DNA of 64,000 nucleotides, taken from contig CATOOV010000012.1 in NCBI GenBank assembly GCA_951801955.1, forward strand, positions 740-64,739, in the 5' to 3' direction. The DNA comes from an uncultured Lachnospiraceae bacterium (GTDB taxonomy: Bacteria; Bacillota; Clostridia; Lachnospirales; Lachnospiraceae). The position numbers and the translations under genes are program-made. Of the stretch, positions 41,608-51,089 are shown in pieces. Position 1 is the stretch's first letter. The number at the start of each line of letters is the position of its first letter. The notes under the pieces were generated by a model. It worked only from the letters and a program-made list of their open reading frames with translations, ran no database searches and was not told the DNA's origin.

Positions 41608-42204
41608 TCATTGAACTTTGACGTAGTCCTTTATCTTGGAAAATACGCCTTCTTTGATTCCTTCTATTTTCATGATATCTTCGATTTGTTCAAAACTGCC
41701 GTGGTCTTCCCGCCAGGCAAGAATACTCTTCGCCTTAGCCTCTCCAATCCCCGGCAGTGTCATCAACTCTTCTTGTGTGGCAGTGTTCAGATTAATTCTC
41801 CCATCATCATTGGGCAAACTCTCTGGCTGCTCCAAAGATACAGCTTCCTCTGCCGTCATGACCCAGACAATCTGCCCATCTGTCAATTCCTGGGCTTGAT
41901 TCAGGCTTTTTTCATCTGCTTCCTTTGTCATGCCTCCGGCAAGTTCCAATGCCTGGAATACCCGGCTGCCCTCTGGAAGCCTATAGACGCCTGGTTTTTT
42001 TACTGCACCAGATACTTGGACATAAATGATGGGCTCTCCTGCCTGCTCTTTTGCTGTATCATCTTGAATTGGTTCCTCTGAAGATCCTTCCTCTTCCTCT
42101 GACAACAGCAGCCCTTGTGTATCTATGGATGTTCCATCTTCTTTACAGCCTGCTGTAAGGAAAATAATTAGAAGGATACATATGATATTTTTAGTTTTTT
42201 TCAA
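41608..42204 (-). CDS. comEA: ComEA DNA-binding protein
   Basis: SLBB motif VSGAVKKPGVY and HhH motif INLNTAT...LPGIGEAKA. Confidence 0.93.
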   Translation of the reverse strand: MKKTKNIICILLIIFLTAGCKEDGTSIDTQGLLLSEEEEGSSEEPIQDDTAKEQAGEPIIYVQVSGAVKKPGVYRLPEGSRVFQALELAGGMTKEADEKSLNQAQELTDGQIVWVMTAEEAVSLEQPESLPNDDGRINLNTATQEELMTLPGIGEAKAKSILAWREDHGSFEQIEDIMKIEGIKEGVFSKIKDYVKVQ

Positions 42205-42316
42205 CCTTTTCCCACCTTTCTGCTATACAAAGGAATGAGAAAAGCTTTATTCACGAATCAATCCATTCTATTGTAACGAAAATTTTAGTTTATTACAAGA
42301 GCCTTTCTGAATTTTT

Positions 42317-42748
42317 CTATTCCCATTTAAACAGAATAATGCCGCCGATGCAAATTGCCATCCCTAAGATCCTGCGCCATGCAAAAGGCTGTTTATCCAC
42401 ACCGAATATGCCAAACAATTCGATCATATACGCCACAATCAACTGAGAAACCACAATCAGCATAACTGCCTGTGCAGGACCAAGGGACGCCATACTCTTG
42501 ATTACGGTATAAGTAATAAAAGCTCCAATCACACCGCCCAAAAGCATGTACTTTGGCTGTACCTGCAAAATACCTGCAAAACTGGAACGATCCGTGAAAA
42601 ACCAGGTCACAAGGCAGATTACAAGAGCTGAAAACTGTACCCAGCTTGTACTGACCCACATACTGGTTCCCTTAGTTACTTCCGTATTAAATACGCCTTG
42701 TACGCTCATCAAAGCTCCTGATAAAAGTGCAATAAAAATTCCAATCAT
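42317..42748 (-). CDS. DMT family (YdcZ-like) small transporter
   Basis: About 5 TM helices; QGVFN and LLGGVIGA. Confidence 0.8.
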   Translation of the reverse strand: MIGIFIALLSGALMSVQGVFNTEVTKGTSMWVSTSWVQFSALVICLVTWFFTDRSSFAGILQVQPKYMLLGGVIGAFITYTVIKSMASLGPAQAVMLIVVSQLIVAYMIELFGIFGVDKQPFAWRRILGMAICIGGIILFKWE

Positions 42749-42804
42749 CCGTCTCCTCCTAAAATACATTCTTTTTGAAAGGATGCCCAATGTTGGAATT
42801 ATTA

Positions 42805-42882
42805 TACCTTTTGAAACGACCGAATGGTCATAATGGGACGTCCAAGGATTACCTTATGAAATGACCGAATGGTCATAATGGG
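42805..42882. repeat. Two 33-bp direct repeats (45-bp period), each with a GACC-GAAT-GGTC dyad
   Basis: 42805-42837 and 42850-42882 differ at 2 positions. Confidence 0.9.
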
Positions 42883-42902
42883 GGCGCCTTACGGCACCCC
42901 CA

Positions 42903-44102
42903 TTAAAACATATCAAACACTTTTTTCAGTTTTTGCACCATCTCATCTATATGATTTTTCTCAATTATCAAAGGCGGTACAAACCGCAGCACATTCGTTC
43001 CTGCCGTAATGACAAGCAGTCCCTGCTCCAGTGCTTTTGTACTGACTTCTCCGACAGGGATAGAAAGCTCCAGCCCCTGAATTAACCCCCTGCCCCTTCT
43101 TGCGGTAATAAAACCATACTCTGCCTGCAGCTGTTCCAGGTTCCCTTCCAGATAAACGCCGATCTCTTTCACATGACCTGTCATGTTTCTCTGGGCAAAA
43201 ATATCAAATACCTTGCTGACTGCCGCTCCCACAAAAGGATTGCCTCCATAGGTTGTGCCATGGTCGCCTGGTTTTAAGGAAGCGTCTGCCACCTTTTTTG
43301 TCAGCACAAAGGCGCCCACTGGGACGCCGCAGCCCAATGCTTTGGCACAGGTCATAATATCTGGCTTTACATCATAGGCCTGCCATGCAAACATGGTTCC
43401 TGTCCTGCCCATACCACACTGGATTTCATCCAGGATTAACAAAATATCCTGTTCGTCACAGAGTTCGCGGATACCCTTTAAAAATTCTTCCTGTGCCGGA
43501 TAAATGCCCCCCTCGCCCTGGATGGTTTCCAGAATAATTGCGCAGGTTTTTTCATTTATCAACGCTTTTACGCTGTCCAAATCATTATACTCTGCAAACC
43601 TCACAATCCCTGGAAGCGGCTCAAACGGCTCCCTGTAATGGGAATTTCCAGTTACGGCAAGGGCGCCCAAAGTTCTCCCATGAAAGGAATGGTTCATGGC
43701 GATTATCTCATGATCTGTGCTTCCATCCTTCTCATAGGCATATTTCTTTGCCGCCTTGATGGCGCCCTCTATGGCTTCCGCGCCGCTGTTGGTGAAAAAA
43801 GCGTTGTCCAAGCCGGAAGCTGCGCAAAGCTTCCCTGCCGCATCAATCATAGGCTGATTGTAATATAAGTTGGAGGTGTGCAGCAGTTTATCAATCTGTA
43901 TTTTCAATGCCTCATTGTATTCTGGATCTCCGTAGCCCAAAGCCTGCACTGCGATCCCCGCTGCAAAATCCAGGTATTTCTTTCCCTCTGTATCATAGAG
44001 GTATACGCCCTTGCCATGATCTAATACCACTGGAAAACGGTTATAAGTATGTAAAATATGCTTTTTTGCCTGCTCCATCAAAATTTTCGTTTCCATTTCC
44101 AT
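42903..44102 (-). CDS. argD: Acetylornithine aminotransferase
   Basis: Motifs FTNSGAEA, SFHGRT, DEIQCGMGRTG and AKALG; in the arg operon. Confidence 0.93.
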   Translation of the reverse strand: MEMETKILMEQAKKHILHTYNRFPVVLDHGKGVYLYDTEGKKYLDFAAGIAVQALGYGDPEYNEALKIQIDKLLHTSNLYYNQPMIDAAGKLCAASGLDNAFFTNSGAEAIEGAIKAAKKYAYEKDGSTDHEIIAMNHSFHGRTLGALAVTGNSHYREPFEPLPGIVRFAEYNDLDSVKALINEKTCAIILETIQGEGGIYPAQEEFLKGIRELCDEQDILLILDEIQCGMGRTGTMFAWQAYDVKPDIMTCAKALGCGVPVGAFVLTKKVADASLKPGDHGTTYGGNPFVGAAVSKVFDIFAQRNMTGHVKEIGVYLEGNLEQLQAEYGFITARRGRGLIQGLELSIPVGEVSTKALEQGLLVITAGTNVLRFVPPLIIEKNHIDEMVQKLKKVFDMF

Positions 44103-44125
44103 TACTCCTTCGTCATTAAAATCCT

Positions 44126-45028
44126 TTATTGTCCGCTATAAAACCGCTCCTCACTGTCTCCCAAGATTGCCGTGCCAATTCCTTTGTTGGTAAAGATCTC
44201 CAAAAGCAGGCAGTGTGGAATCCGCCCGTCTAAAATATGTACTCTGGAAACGCCGTCTTTGATTGCCTCAATACAGTTATTTAATTTGGGCAGCATACCG
44301 CCGCCAACCGTCCCGTCTCCAATCAGCTCATGGGCTTCCGATACAGACAGCTCTGAAATCAGGGAAGATTTATCTTCTGGATCTTTGTAGACGCCTTTTA
44401 CATCTGTTAAGAAGGCGAGCTTTTCTGCATTCACTGCCCTTGCAATGGCACATGCCGCATCGTCCGCATTGATATTATAGCTTTCAAACTGCTCATCCAG
44501 CCCTACCGGGCATACAATCGGGAGAAAATCCTTTTCCAGAAGGTCGTAGAGCACCTTTGCATTGACTTCTTTCACATCGCCCACATAACCGATATCCTGT
44601 CCTTTGGAATATTTTTTCTCTACCTTTAACAATCCGCCATCCTTGCCGCTGATGCCAATGGCGTTGACGCCCAGTTCCTGTACCATCTGCACCAGGGATT
44701 TATTTACCCTTCCCAAGACCATCTCTGCAATTTCCATGGTAGGAGCGTCGGTTTTTCGAAGCCCGTTTACAAATTCTGGCTCCATTCCCACTTTGCCAAC
44801 CCATTTGCTGATTTCCTTCCCGCCGCCGTGCACGATAATGGGTTTAAAGCCTACCAGCTTTAACAAGGTTACATCCTTAATCACATTCTTTTTTAATTCT
44901 TCATCTACCATAGCGCTTCCGCCGTATTTTACAACAATAATCTTGCGGTTAAAACGCTGGATATAAGGCAGTGCCTCAATCAATACTTCTGCCTTCTGTA
45001 AAACTTTCTGCATATCCTTTTCTTCCAT
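44126..45028 (-). CDS. argB: Acetylglutamate kinase
   Basis: Motifs [19 protein letters not shown] and GGMLPK. Confidence 0.97.
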   Translation of the reverse strand: MEEKDMQKVLQKAEVLIEALPYIQRFNRKIIVVKYGGSAMVDEELKKNVIKDVTLLKLVGFKPIIVHGGGKEISKWVGKVGMEPEFVNGLRKTDAPTMEIAEMVLGRVNKSLVQMVQELGVNAIGISGKDGGLLKVEKKYSKGQDIGYVGDVKEVNAKVLYDLLEKDFLPIVCPVGLDEQFESYNINADDAACAIARAVNAEKLAFLTDVKGVYKDPEDKSSLISELSVSEAHELIGDGTVGGGMLPKLNNCIEAIKDGVSRVHILDGRIPHCLLLEIFTNKGIGTAILGDSEERFYSGQ

Positions 45029-45060
45029 CTTTTTCTCCTCTTCTATTTCAAAACACCACT

Positions 45061-45137
45061 GATTCCAAGAACACCATCGGCGTTCTTACTGCAGGGTGCG
45101 GACCAGCTTTGCTGGCAAAACCAAATCCGCACCCCTG
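45061..45137 (+). repeat. Dispersed repeat family C (double hairpin, about 77 bp)
   Basis: AAGAAC..GTTCTT and GGGTGCGG..CCGCACCC stems; homologous to 56187-56263 and 60822-60898 (minus strand). Confidence 0.9.
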
Positions 45138-45180
45138 TTTTCTCGCCCACAAAACATCTTCCACCTGGCGCACCATTCAT

Positions 45181-46404
45181 TTACGAGCGGTAATCCGCAT
45201 TGATTTTCACATAATCATACGTCAAGTCGCAGCCCCATGCCGCCGCTTTTTCCTCTCCCATCTTCATATCTACCAAAACAGTCACTTCCTCGTCTGATAA
45301 AATCTTTGTTGCCTCCGTCTCACTGTAATCTGTCGCAATCCCATCCTTATAAATCTGAATCTGCCCAGACTTGCTCTGGAAAAACAGCTCAATGTTCTCT
45401 GGGTCAAACTCCACGCCAGAATAGCCCAAGGCACACAAGATTCTGCCCCAGTTCGCATCGTGCCCAAAGATTGCCGCCTTTGTCAAAGAAGAACAAATCA
45501 CTGATTTCGCCAAAGTTTTTGCATGTTCCTTGGTATCTGCGTGAATGACTTTTGTCTCAAAGAGCGCTGTTGCGCCCTCCCCATCCCCTGCCATTTTCTT
45601 AGCCAGGGTAGTATTTACCAGGTTTAACGCCTCTGCAAACTTCTGATAATTCTCGTCCTTCTCTGTAATTTTTTTATTTCCTGCCATGCCGTTAGCAAGC
45701 AGCAGCACTGTATCATTGGTCGAAGTATCACCGTCCACAGAAATCATGTTATAAGTGTCCTTCACATCCTCACTTAATGCCTCCTGCAGCAGCTCTTGGG
45801 AAATGGCAAGGTCTGTAGTCACAAAACCAAGCATCGTGCACATATTCGGATGAATCATGCCAGAACCTTTACACATGCCTCCAACAGTCACTGTCTTTCC
45901 TTCCACCTCAAAGGACACTGCCACTTCTTTGGACTTGGTATCGGTAGTCAGAATCGCACATGCTGCTTCCTGCCCGCTCTCTATGGTATCGCTGAGTTTT
46001 GGAACCATGGCACGAATCCCGGATGCAAGTTTTTCCATAGGAAGCTGCATTCCAATGACCCCAGTAGATGCCACCAGCACTTGTGCTGTCTCAACTCCCA
46101 ATGCCTCTCCCGCAGCCTCTGCCGTTTTTTGGCAGTACTCCATGCCTTCTTGACCGGTACAGGCATTGGCTATTCCTGCATTGACTACCACGGCATGTGC
46201 CGTCCCTTCCTCTGCCACAATCCTCTGGTCCCATTTCACCGGAGCTGCTTTTACCACATTTGTTGTAAAAGTCCCTGCCAAAACAGCCGGCACATCACTG
46301 ACAATCATTGCCATATCCATTCGACCTTCATATTTGATTCCCGCTGCCGTCGCAGCGGCCTTATATCCTTTTGCCGCGGTAACACCGCCTGTTACTGTTT
46401 TCAA
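45181..46404 (-). CDS. argJ: Ornithine acetyltransferase ArgJ
   Basis: Motifs NAGIANACTG, KGSGMIHPNMCTML, DGDTSTND and DGEGAT. Confidence 0.97.
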   Translation of the reverse strand: MKTVTGGVTAAKGYKAAATAAGIKYEGRMDMAMIVSDVPAVLAGTFTTNVVKAAPVKWDQRIVAEEGTAHAVVVNAGIANACTGQEGMEYCQKTAEAAGEALGVETAQVLVASTGVIGMQLPMEKLASGIRAMVPKLSDTIESGQEAACAILTTDTKSKEVAVSFEVEGKTVTVGGMCKGSGMIHPNMCTMLGFVTTDLAISQELLQEALSEDVKDTYNMISVDGDTSTNDTVLLLANGMAGNKKITEKDENYQKFAEALNLVNTTLAKKMAGDGEGATALFETKVIHADTKEHAKTLAKSVICSSLTKAAIFGHDANWGRILCALGYSGVEFDPENIELFFQSKSGQIQIYKDGIATDYSETEATKILSDEEVTVLVDMKMGEEKAAAWGCDLTYDYVKINADYRS

Positions 46405-46521
46405 CTTAATTCCTCCTCTTCTTTGGGCAAATCCAAAACCCCCATGGCTATTTTGACAGCTGGCATTGTATTTTTGTGGTATTTACAACTCCTCATGCCT
46501 GCTGCCATAGCCCTTCCCCGC

Positions 46522-46998
46522 TTATTGGAACGTAGTGATATTTGCGTCGTTCAATACAAAGTCATAATAGTTTAAATCCTCCCGGAAGGTCCAGCCCACA
46601 CTTTTCCAAAAACAATTTCCCACCTCGTTTTTCTTAAACGCAATCAGGCATACCTTGTTGATATGTTCCTCTTGCAAGGCACGCATAGCGGAAACTGCCA
46701 TTGCCTTTCCAATTCCCTGTTGCCTGTAATCTTCTCTGACACACACATGATAAAAACAGCCCCGCCGCCCGTCATGTCCGCAGAGAATGGCTCCCACAAG
46801 CTCACCATCTGCCTCTGCCACCATACTGGTGGTAGGATTCCTGCGAAGAAACCTCGCCACCCCCTCCTTGGAATCATCCATGCTGCGGATGCCAAAACCT
46901 TTAATGCTCTTCCAGAGCTTGTAAACCTTGTCATAATCTTCTTGTGCCATTGCCCGGACAGTTGCCGGAACAATGGGCCATTCCTGTTTCCCTGCCAT
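46522..46998 (-). CDS. GNAT N-acetyltransferase within the arg operon
   Basis: Motifs GHDGRRG and YRQQGIGK (acetyl-CoA motif A). Confidence 0.85.
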   Translation of the reverse strand: MAGKQEWPIVPATVRAMAQEDYDKVYKLWKSIKGFGIRSMDDSKEGVARFLRRNPTTSMVAEADGELVGAILCGHDGRRGCFYHVCVREDYRQQGIGKAMAVSAMRALQEEHINKVCLIAFKKNEVGNCFWKSVGWTFREDLNYYDFVLNDANITTFQ

Positions 46999-47015
46999 AT
47001 TCTTTCCTCTTCAAC

Positions 47016-48083
47016 TTATGGGAACATCGGCACAAGCCTTAGCCCTTCCTGTTCTGGAAATCCAAACAATAAATTCATATTCTGCACCGCTTGTCCTGCC
47101 GCCCCTTTTACCAGATTGTCAATAGCTCCCATAAGAATAATCCTGCCTGTGCGCCCATCAATCTGAAATCCAATATCCACAAAATTACTTCCCTCTACCC
47201 ACTTTGTCTCAGGATATACACCCTGATCCAGCACGCGAATAAAATATTCCTTCTGATAATACTTGTCATAGGCAGCCCTTACCTGTTCATAAGAGGGATA
47301 AGCATATGTTCCATCTGCCTGTTTTATTTTTTTTAAGGACGCGTATTCTGTTGCGAGAATACCACGGTTCATAGGCACCAGATGAGGGGTAAAGTTGATC
47401 GTTACCGTTTCCCCTGCAGCATATCCTAGCTGTTCCTCAATCTCTGGCGTATGGCGGTGAGAAGCCACACCATATGCTTTCATATTCTCATTGACTTCAC
47501 AGAAAAGATTGGGAAGCTTTGCACCTCTTCCAGCTCCAGAGGTTCCTGATTTTGCATCCACAATCAGAGTGTTTACATCAATCAGCCCTTCCTTTGCCAA
47601 GGGATAAGCTGTTAAGATCGAACAGGTAGTATAGCAGCCAGGATTTGCCACCAGCCTCGCATGTTTCACCTTGTCACGATTGACTTCACACAGCCCATAT
47701 ACCGCTTCCTCCAAAAACTGCGGGCTTTGGTGCTTTATTTTATACCATTCTTCATAAACTTTTACATCTTTCAGACGGTAATCTGCACTTAAATCCACCA
47801 CTTTTGCATGTTCCAGGATTTCCTCCGTCAGCGCCCCGGCAAGAAACCCCTGCGGGGTAGCAGTAAAGATCACATCCACCTGCCCCGCTAATTCCTGTAA
47901 ATTGTCACCCAAACATGCTTCCTCCACAAGTTGGAACATATTCCCATATACCTTGGCATATTTCTCATCAATATAACTTCTGGAACCATACCACTTGATT
48001 TCTACTTCTCTATGTCCAAGCAACAACCTTACCAGCTCCGCACCCGCATATCCTGTTGCCCCGATAATTCCTGCCTTTATCAT
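47016..48083 (-). CDS. argC: N-acetyl-gamma-glutamyl-phosphate reductase
   Basis: Motifs IIGATGYAG, ANPGCY, SGTSGAG and DNLVKGAAGQAVQN. Confidence 0.97.
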   Translation of the reverse strand: MIKAGIIGATGYAGAELVRLLLGHREVEIKWYGSRSYIDEKYAKVYGNMFQLVEEACLGDNLQELAGQVDVIFTATPQGFLAGALTEEILEHAKVVDLSADYRLKDVKVYEEWYKIKHQSPQFLEEAVYGLCEVNRDKVKHARLVANPGCYTTCSILTAYPLAKEGLIDVNTLIVDAKSGTSGAGRGAKLPNLFCEVNENMKAYGVASHRHTPEIEEQLGYAAGETVTINFTPHLVPMNRGILATEYASLKKIKQADGTYAYPSYEQVRAAYDKYYQKEYFIRVLDQGVYPETKWVEGSNFVDIGFQIDGRTGRIILMGAIDNLVKGAAGQAVQNMNLLFGFPEQEGLRLVPMFP

Positions 48084-48233
48084 ACAGCCTTCCTCACTTT
48101 CTGATCTCATATATTTCGGAAATTCAAAGAAATTTCATCTTTATCACTCATTGCTTCTACAAGCAGTAGTCATCTCCTATCTGATATATAGTAATATATC
48201 TTTTTCCATTCGTAAAGCCCTTTTTCCGTTTTT

Positions 48234-48290
48234 ATGTATAAATATACATTATTTTTCTATAATATTCATTTTTTATGTATATTTTTTCAC
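48234..48290. promoter_or_regulatory. Tandem ArgR (ARG) boxes between divergent argC and argG
   Basis: ATGTATAAATATACAT (48234), TTTCTATAATATTCAT (48254) and ATGTATATTTTTTCAC (48275). The argG promoter TTGCCT-17-TATATT follows at 48291-48319. Confidence 0.75.
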
Positions 48291-48361
48291 TTGCCTTTTT
48301 AGAAGTGTTATTGTATATTAAGTAATGATAACATTTGATTTACAAAACGGAGGAAAAAAAA

Positions 48362-49588
48362 ATGAAAGAAAAAGTAATTTTAGCTTACTCTGGCGGTCTG
48401 GACACTACCGCCATCATCCCATGGTTAAAGGAAAATTTTGACTATGAAGTGGTCTGCTGCTGCATCGACTGCGGTCAGGAAGAGGAATTAGACGGACTGG
48501 AAGAACGTGCCAAATTATCTGGTGCTTCCAAATTATATATTGAGGATATCACAGATGAATTTGCGGAAGAATATATTCTCCCGTGTGTACAAGCCGGCGC
48601 AGTTTATGAGAACAAATATCTGCTGGGTACTTCCATGGCACGCCCTGGCATCGCAAAACGTTTAGTAGAAATCGCAAGAAAAGAAGGAGCATCTGCAATC
48701 TGCCACGGCGCTACTGGAAAAGGAAACGACCAGATCCGTTTCGAACTTGGCATTAAGGCATTGGCGCCTGATTTAAAAATTATTGCAGCTTGGAGAAGTG
48801 ATAAGTGGAATATGCAGTCACGTGAAGAGGAGATCGCATATTGCAAGGCACACGGTATTGACCTTCCTTTTTCTGCTGACAGCAGTTACAGCCGTGACCG
48901 CAACCTCTGGCATATCAGCCATGAAGGGCTGGAACTGGAGGATCCTTCCTGTGAACCAAACTATGACCACCTGCTGGTTTTGGGCGTTTCCCCAGAGAAA
49001 GCTCCCGATGAAGGGGAATATGTGACCATGACTTTTGAATCTGGCGTACCCAAGACGGTCAACGGCAAAGAAATGAAGGTTTCCGATATTATCCGGGAAT
49101 TGAACCGTCTGGGGGGCAAACACGGAATCGGCATTATCGACATTGTAGAAAACCGTGTTGTCGGCATGAAATCCCGCGGCGTCTATGAGACACCTGGCGG
49201 AACAATCCTGCTGGAAGCACAGCAGCAGTTGGAAGAACTGGTGCTGGACCGCGCTACCATGGAAGTAAAAAAGGATCTTGGCAACAAGATGGCTCAGATT
49301 GTATATGAAGGAAAATGGTTTACGCCGCTGCGGGAAGCAGTACAGGCTTTTGTAACTTCCACCCAGAAATATGTAACTGGAGAAGTAAAATTTAAGCTCT
49401 ATAAAGGAAATATTATCAAAGCTGGAACTACTTCCCCCTACTCTCTCTACAGTGAATCCCTTGCCAGCTTTACCACAGGCGACCTGTACGACCATCACGA
49501 CGCAGAAGGCTTTATTACCTTGTTTGGTCTTCCATTAAAAGTACGTGCTATGAAGATGGCTGAGGCAGAGAAAAAAACTAACAATTAG
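48362..49588 (+). CDS. argG: Argininosuccinate synthase
   Basis: Motifs LAYSGGLDT, HGATGKGNDQIRF and SRGVYETPG. Start at ATG 48362 after GGAGG. Confidence 0.98.
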   Translation: MKEKVILAYSGGLDTTAIIPWLKENFDYEVVCCCIDCGQEEELDGLEERAKLSGASKLYIEDITDEFAEEYILPCVQAGAVYENKYLLGTSMARPGIAKRLVEIARKEGASAICHGATGKGNDQIRFELGIKALAPDLKIIAAWRSDKWNMQSREEEIAYCKAHGIDLPFSADSSYSRDRNLWHISHEGLELEDPSCEPNYDHLLVLGVSPEKAPDEGEYVTMTFESGVPKTVNGKEMKVSDIIRELNRLGGKHGIGIIDIVENRVVGMKSRGVYETPGGTILLEAQQQLEELVLDRATMEVKKDLGNKMAQIVYEGKWFTPLREAVQAFVTSTQKYVTGEVKFKLYKGNIIKAGTTSPYSLYSESLASFTTGDLYDHHDAEGFITLFGLPLKVRAMKMAEAEKKTNN

Positions 49589-49651
49589 AAGAAAATCAAA
49601 ACACTTAGAAATTCGTCTGTCCCTAATACTTGGAACAACGTTTGTATTTCT

Positions 49652-49711
49652 TTGTGCAGTTTGTCAAGAAGGTTTTATGGAACTGCCTTTTGACACCCGA
49701 ATCCTATATGA
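49652..49711 (+). repeat. Copy of repeat family B
   Basis: TTGTGCAGTTTGTCAAGAAGG...CCTTTTGACACCCGAATCCTATATGA; closely matches 63939-63991. Confidence 0.85.
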
Positions 49712-49713
49712 CG

Positions 49714-49747
49714 AAAAAGAGACTGCCTATCAAAACAGTCTCTTTTT
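49714..49747. terminator. Bidirectional intrinsic terminator between convergent genes
   Basis: AAAAAGAGACTG-N10-CAGTCTCTTTTT. Confidence 0.8.
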
Positions 49748-49788
49748 ATGCGCATTCGCCCAAACAAACGGAATGATGCCGCTGAATC

Positions 49789-50709
49789 TTACGAATCTTC
49801 CTGATAAAAATGCTTTACCCCTTTTGTAACGTCCTTCGCATAAACCATAGTGCAGCTCTTTAACTCTCCTGCCTTATCATATAAAAATGCAATAGCAAGA
49901 TGCGGTTTATCTGGCACTGCAAAATTATTGGCTTCCAGCTCTTTATCAGAAATGGTAACATATTTCCCTTTTTTTAGCTTATACTTTCCTGTTACAACTG
50001 TGCCGTCTTCCAGTTTATCTTTAATCTTATAAGTACCGTAGAACAATCCGTCCTTCACCTTGAATTTCTGGTCTGTATCTACCTTGTCACCCAGGACAAT
50101 CAATTGATGCCCCTTTCCATTGGGCATATCCTGGCCCCATTCTCCATTGTACACTTCTTTGTAAAGGTTTCCGTCCTCGGTATGGCTGCTGGTATAATAC
50201 CATATTCCATTCCCATCCCGTTTTCCATCCTTGTAATCACCATAATACCACTGATGGCAGCCGCAATCATGGAAATTATAAAATCCTATCCCTTTTCCAG
50301 TAGTTCCTCCCTCTGGCAGATATATATAGCTTCCGCCATCCCCTGCCATCTGTGCAAGCGCCTTGCCCTCTTCACTCTCCTGAAGCTCGTCCAGCGCCTT
50401 TGCATCGTCTTTTTCAACTGCATCGATTGCAGCTTTCATCGTCTCATTGTAATTTTTCATTTCATCCGCTTTTTGCTTTATTTTATCTGCAGCTTCCTGT
50501 AAATCTTCATCTTTTGGAGTCTGTTCCAGCGCTTGTTCCATGACCTTTTGTGCCTTGTCAAAGCTGTTTCCTTCTGCATAGTACTCTGCCTGCTGCTGGT
50601 ATTTCTTTGCAGCTTCCTTCTGCTCCTCTGTGGTACAGCCGGTAAGAAAAACCATTGCAAACATTACTGCAAGGATTCCCGCTGGCAAAATTCTGCTCTG
50701 TCTGTCCAT
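49789..50709 (-). CDS. Lipoprotein with a TPR-like helical region and MORN-like repeats
   Basis: Lipobox LTGC; YYGDYKDGKRDGNG and YNGEWGQDMPNGKG. Confidence 0.7.
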   Translation of the reverse strand: MDRQSRILPAGILAVMFAMVFLTGCTTEEQKEAAKKYQQQAEYYAEGNSFDKAQKVMEQALEQTPKDEDLQEAADKIKQKADEMKNYNETMKAAIDAVEKDDAKALDELQESEEGKALAQMAGDGGSYIYLPEGGTTGKGIGFYNFHDCGCHQWYYGDYKDGKRDGNGIWYYTSSHTEDGNLYKEVYNGEWGQDMPNGKGHQLIVLGDKVDTDQKFKVKDGLFYGTYKIKDKLEDGTVVTGKYKLKKGKYVTISDKELEANNFAVPDKPHLAIAFLYDKAGELKSCTMVYAKDVTKGVKHFYQEDS

Positions 50710-51089
50710 GCTTCTGCCTCCAAATTTACCTCTGTGCCTAATTTACTGTTACTGCGTTTACCCTGAAACGATCTGCCAGAGTAATTTTTGACGGCGCCTG
50801 ACCATTTTACAGCATCTGCAACTATATACGCCCGTTATCTGTTCAAAACGCCAGCGGCATTTTAACCGCGCATCTGCCAGTTTTGCAATATCTGCAAAAC
50901 CGCATGACTGCCATCTGTCCAAGGCTTGGTTTGCAAGCCTTGGTATGGAATTTGGGTCAGGTTTTCCAACATGCGTCTTTCCAAATCCCTGTGCATCCTC
51001 GCGGAGCATCTATCAAATGGGGAACCATCCCTCCATTGATACAAAATTGTTGTCCACCGCCTATAAAGGCGGGAGCCATCTTCTTATCC

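Noticed and set aside
42805-42882. Mini-CRISPR
   Set aside because: Only two repeats with a 12-bp gap and no cas genes; better explained as a duplicated operator.
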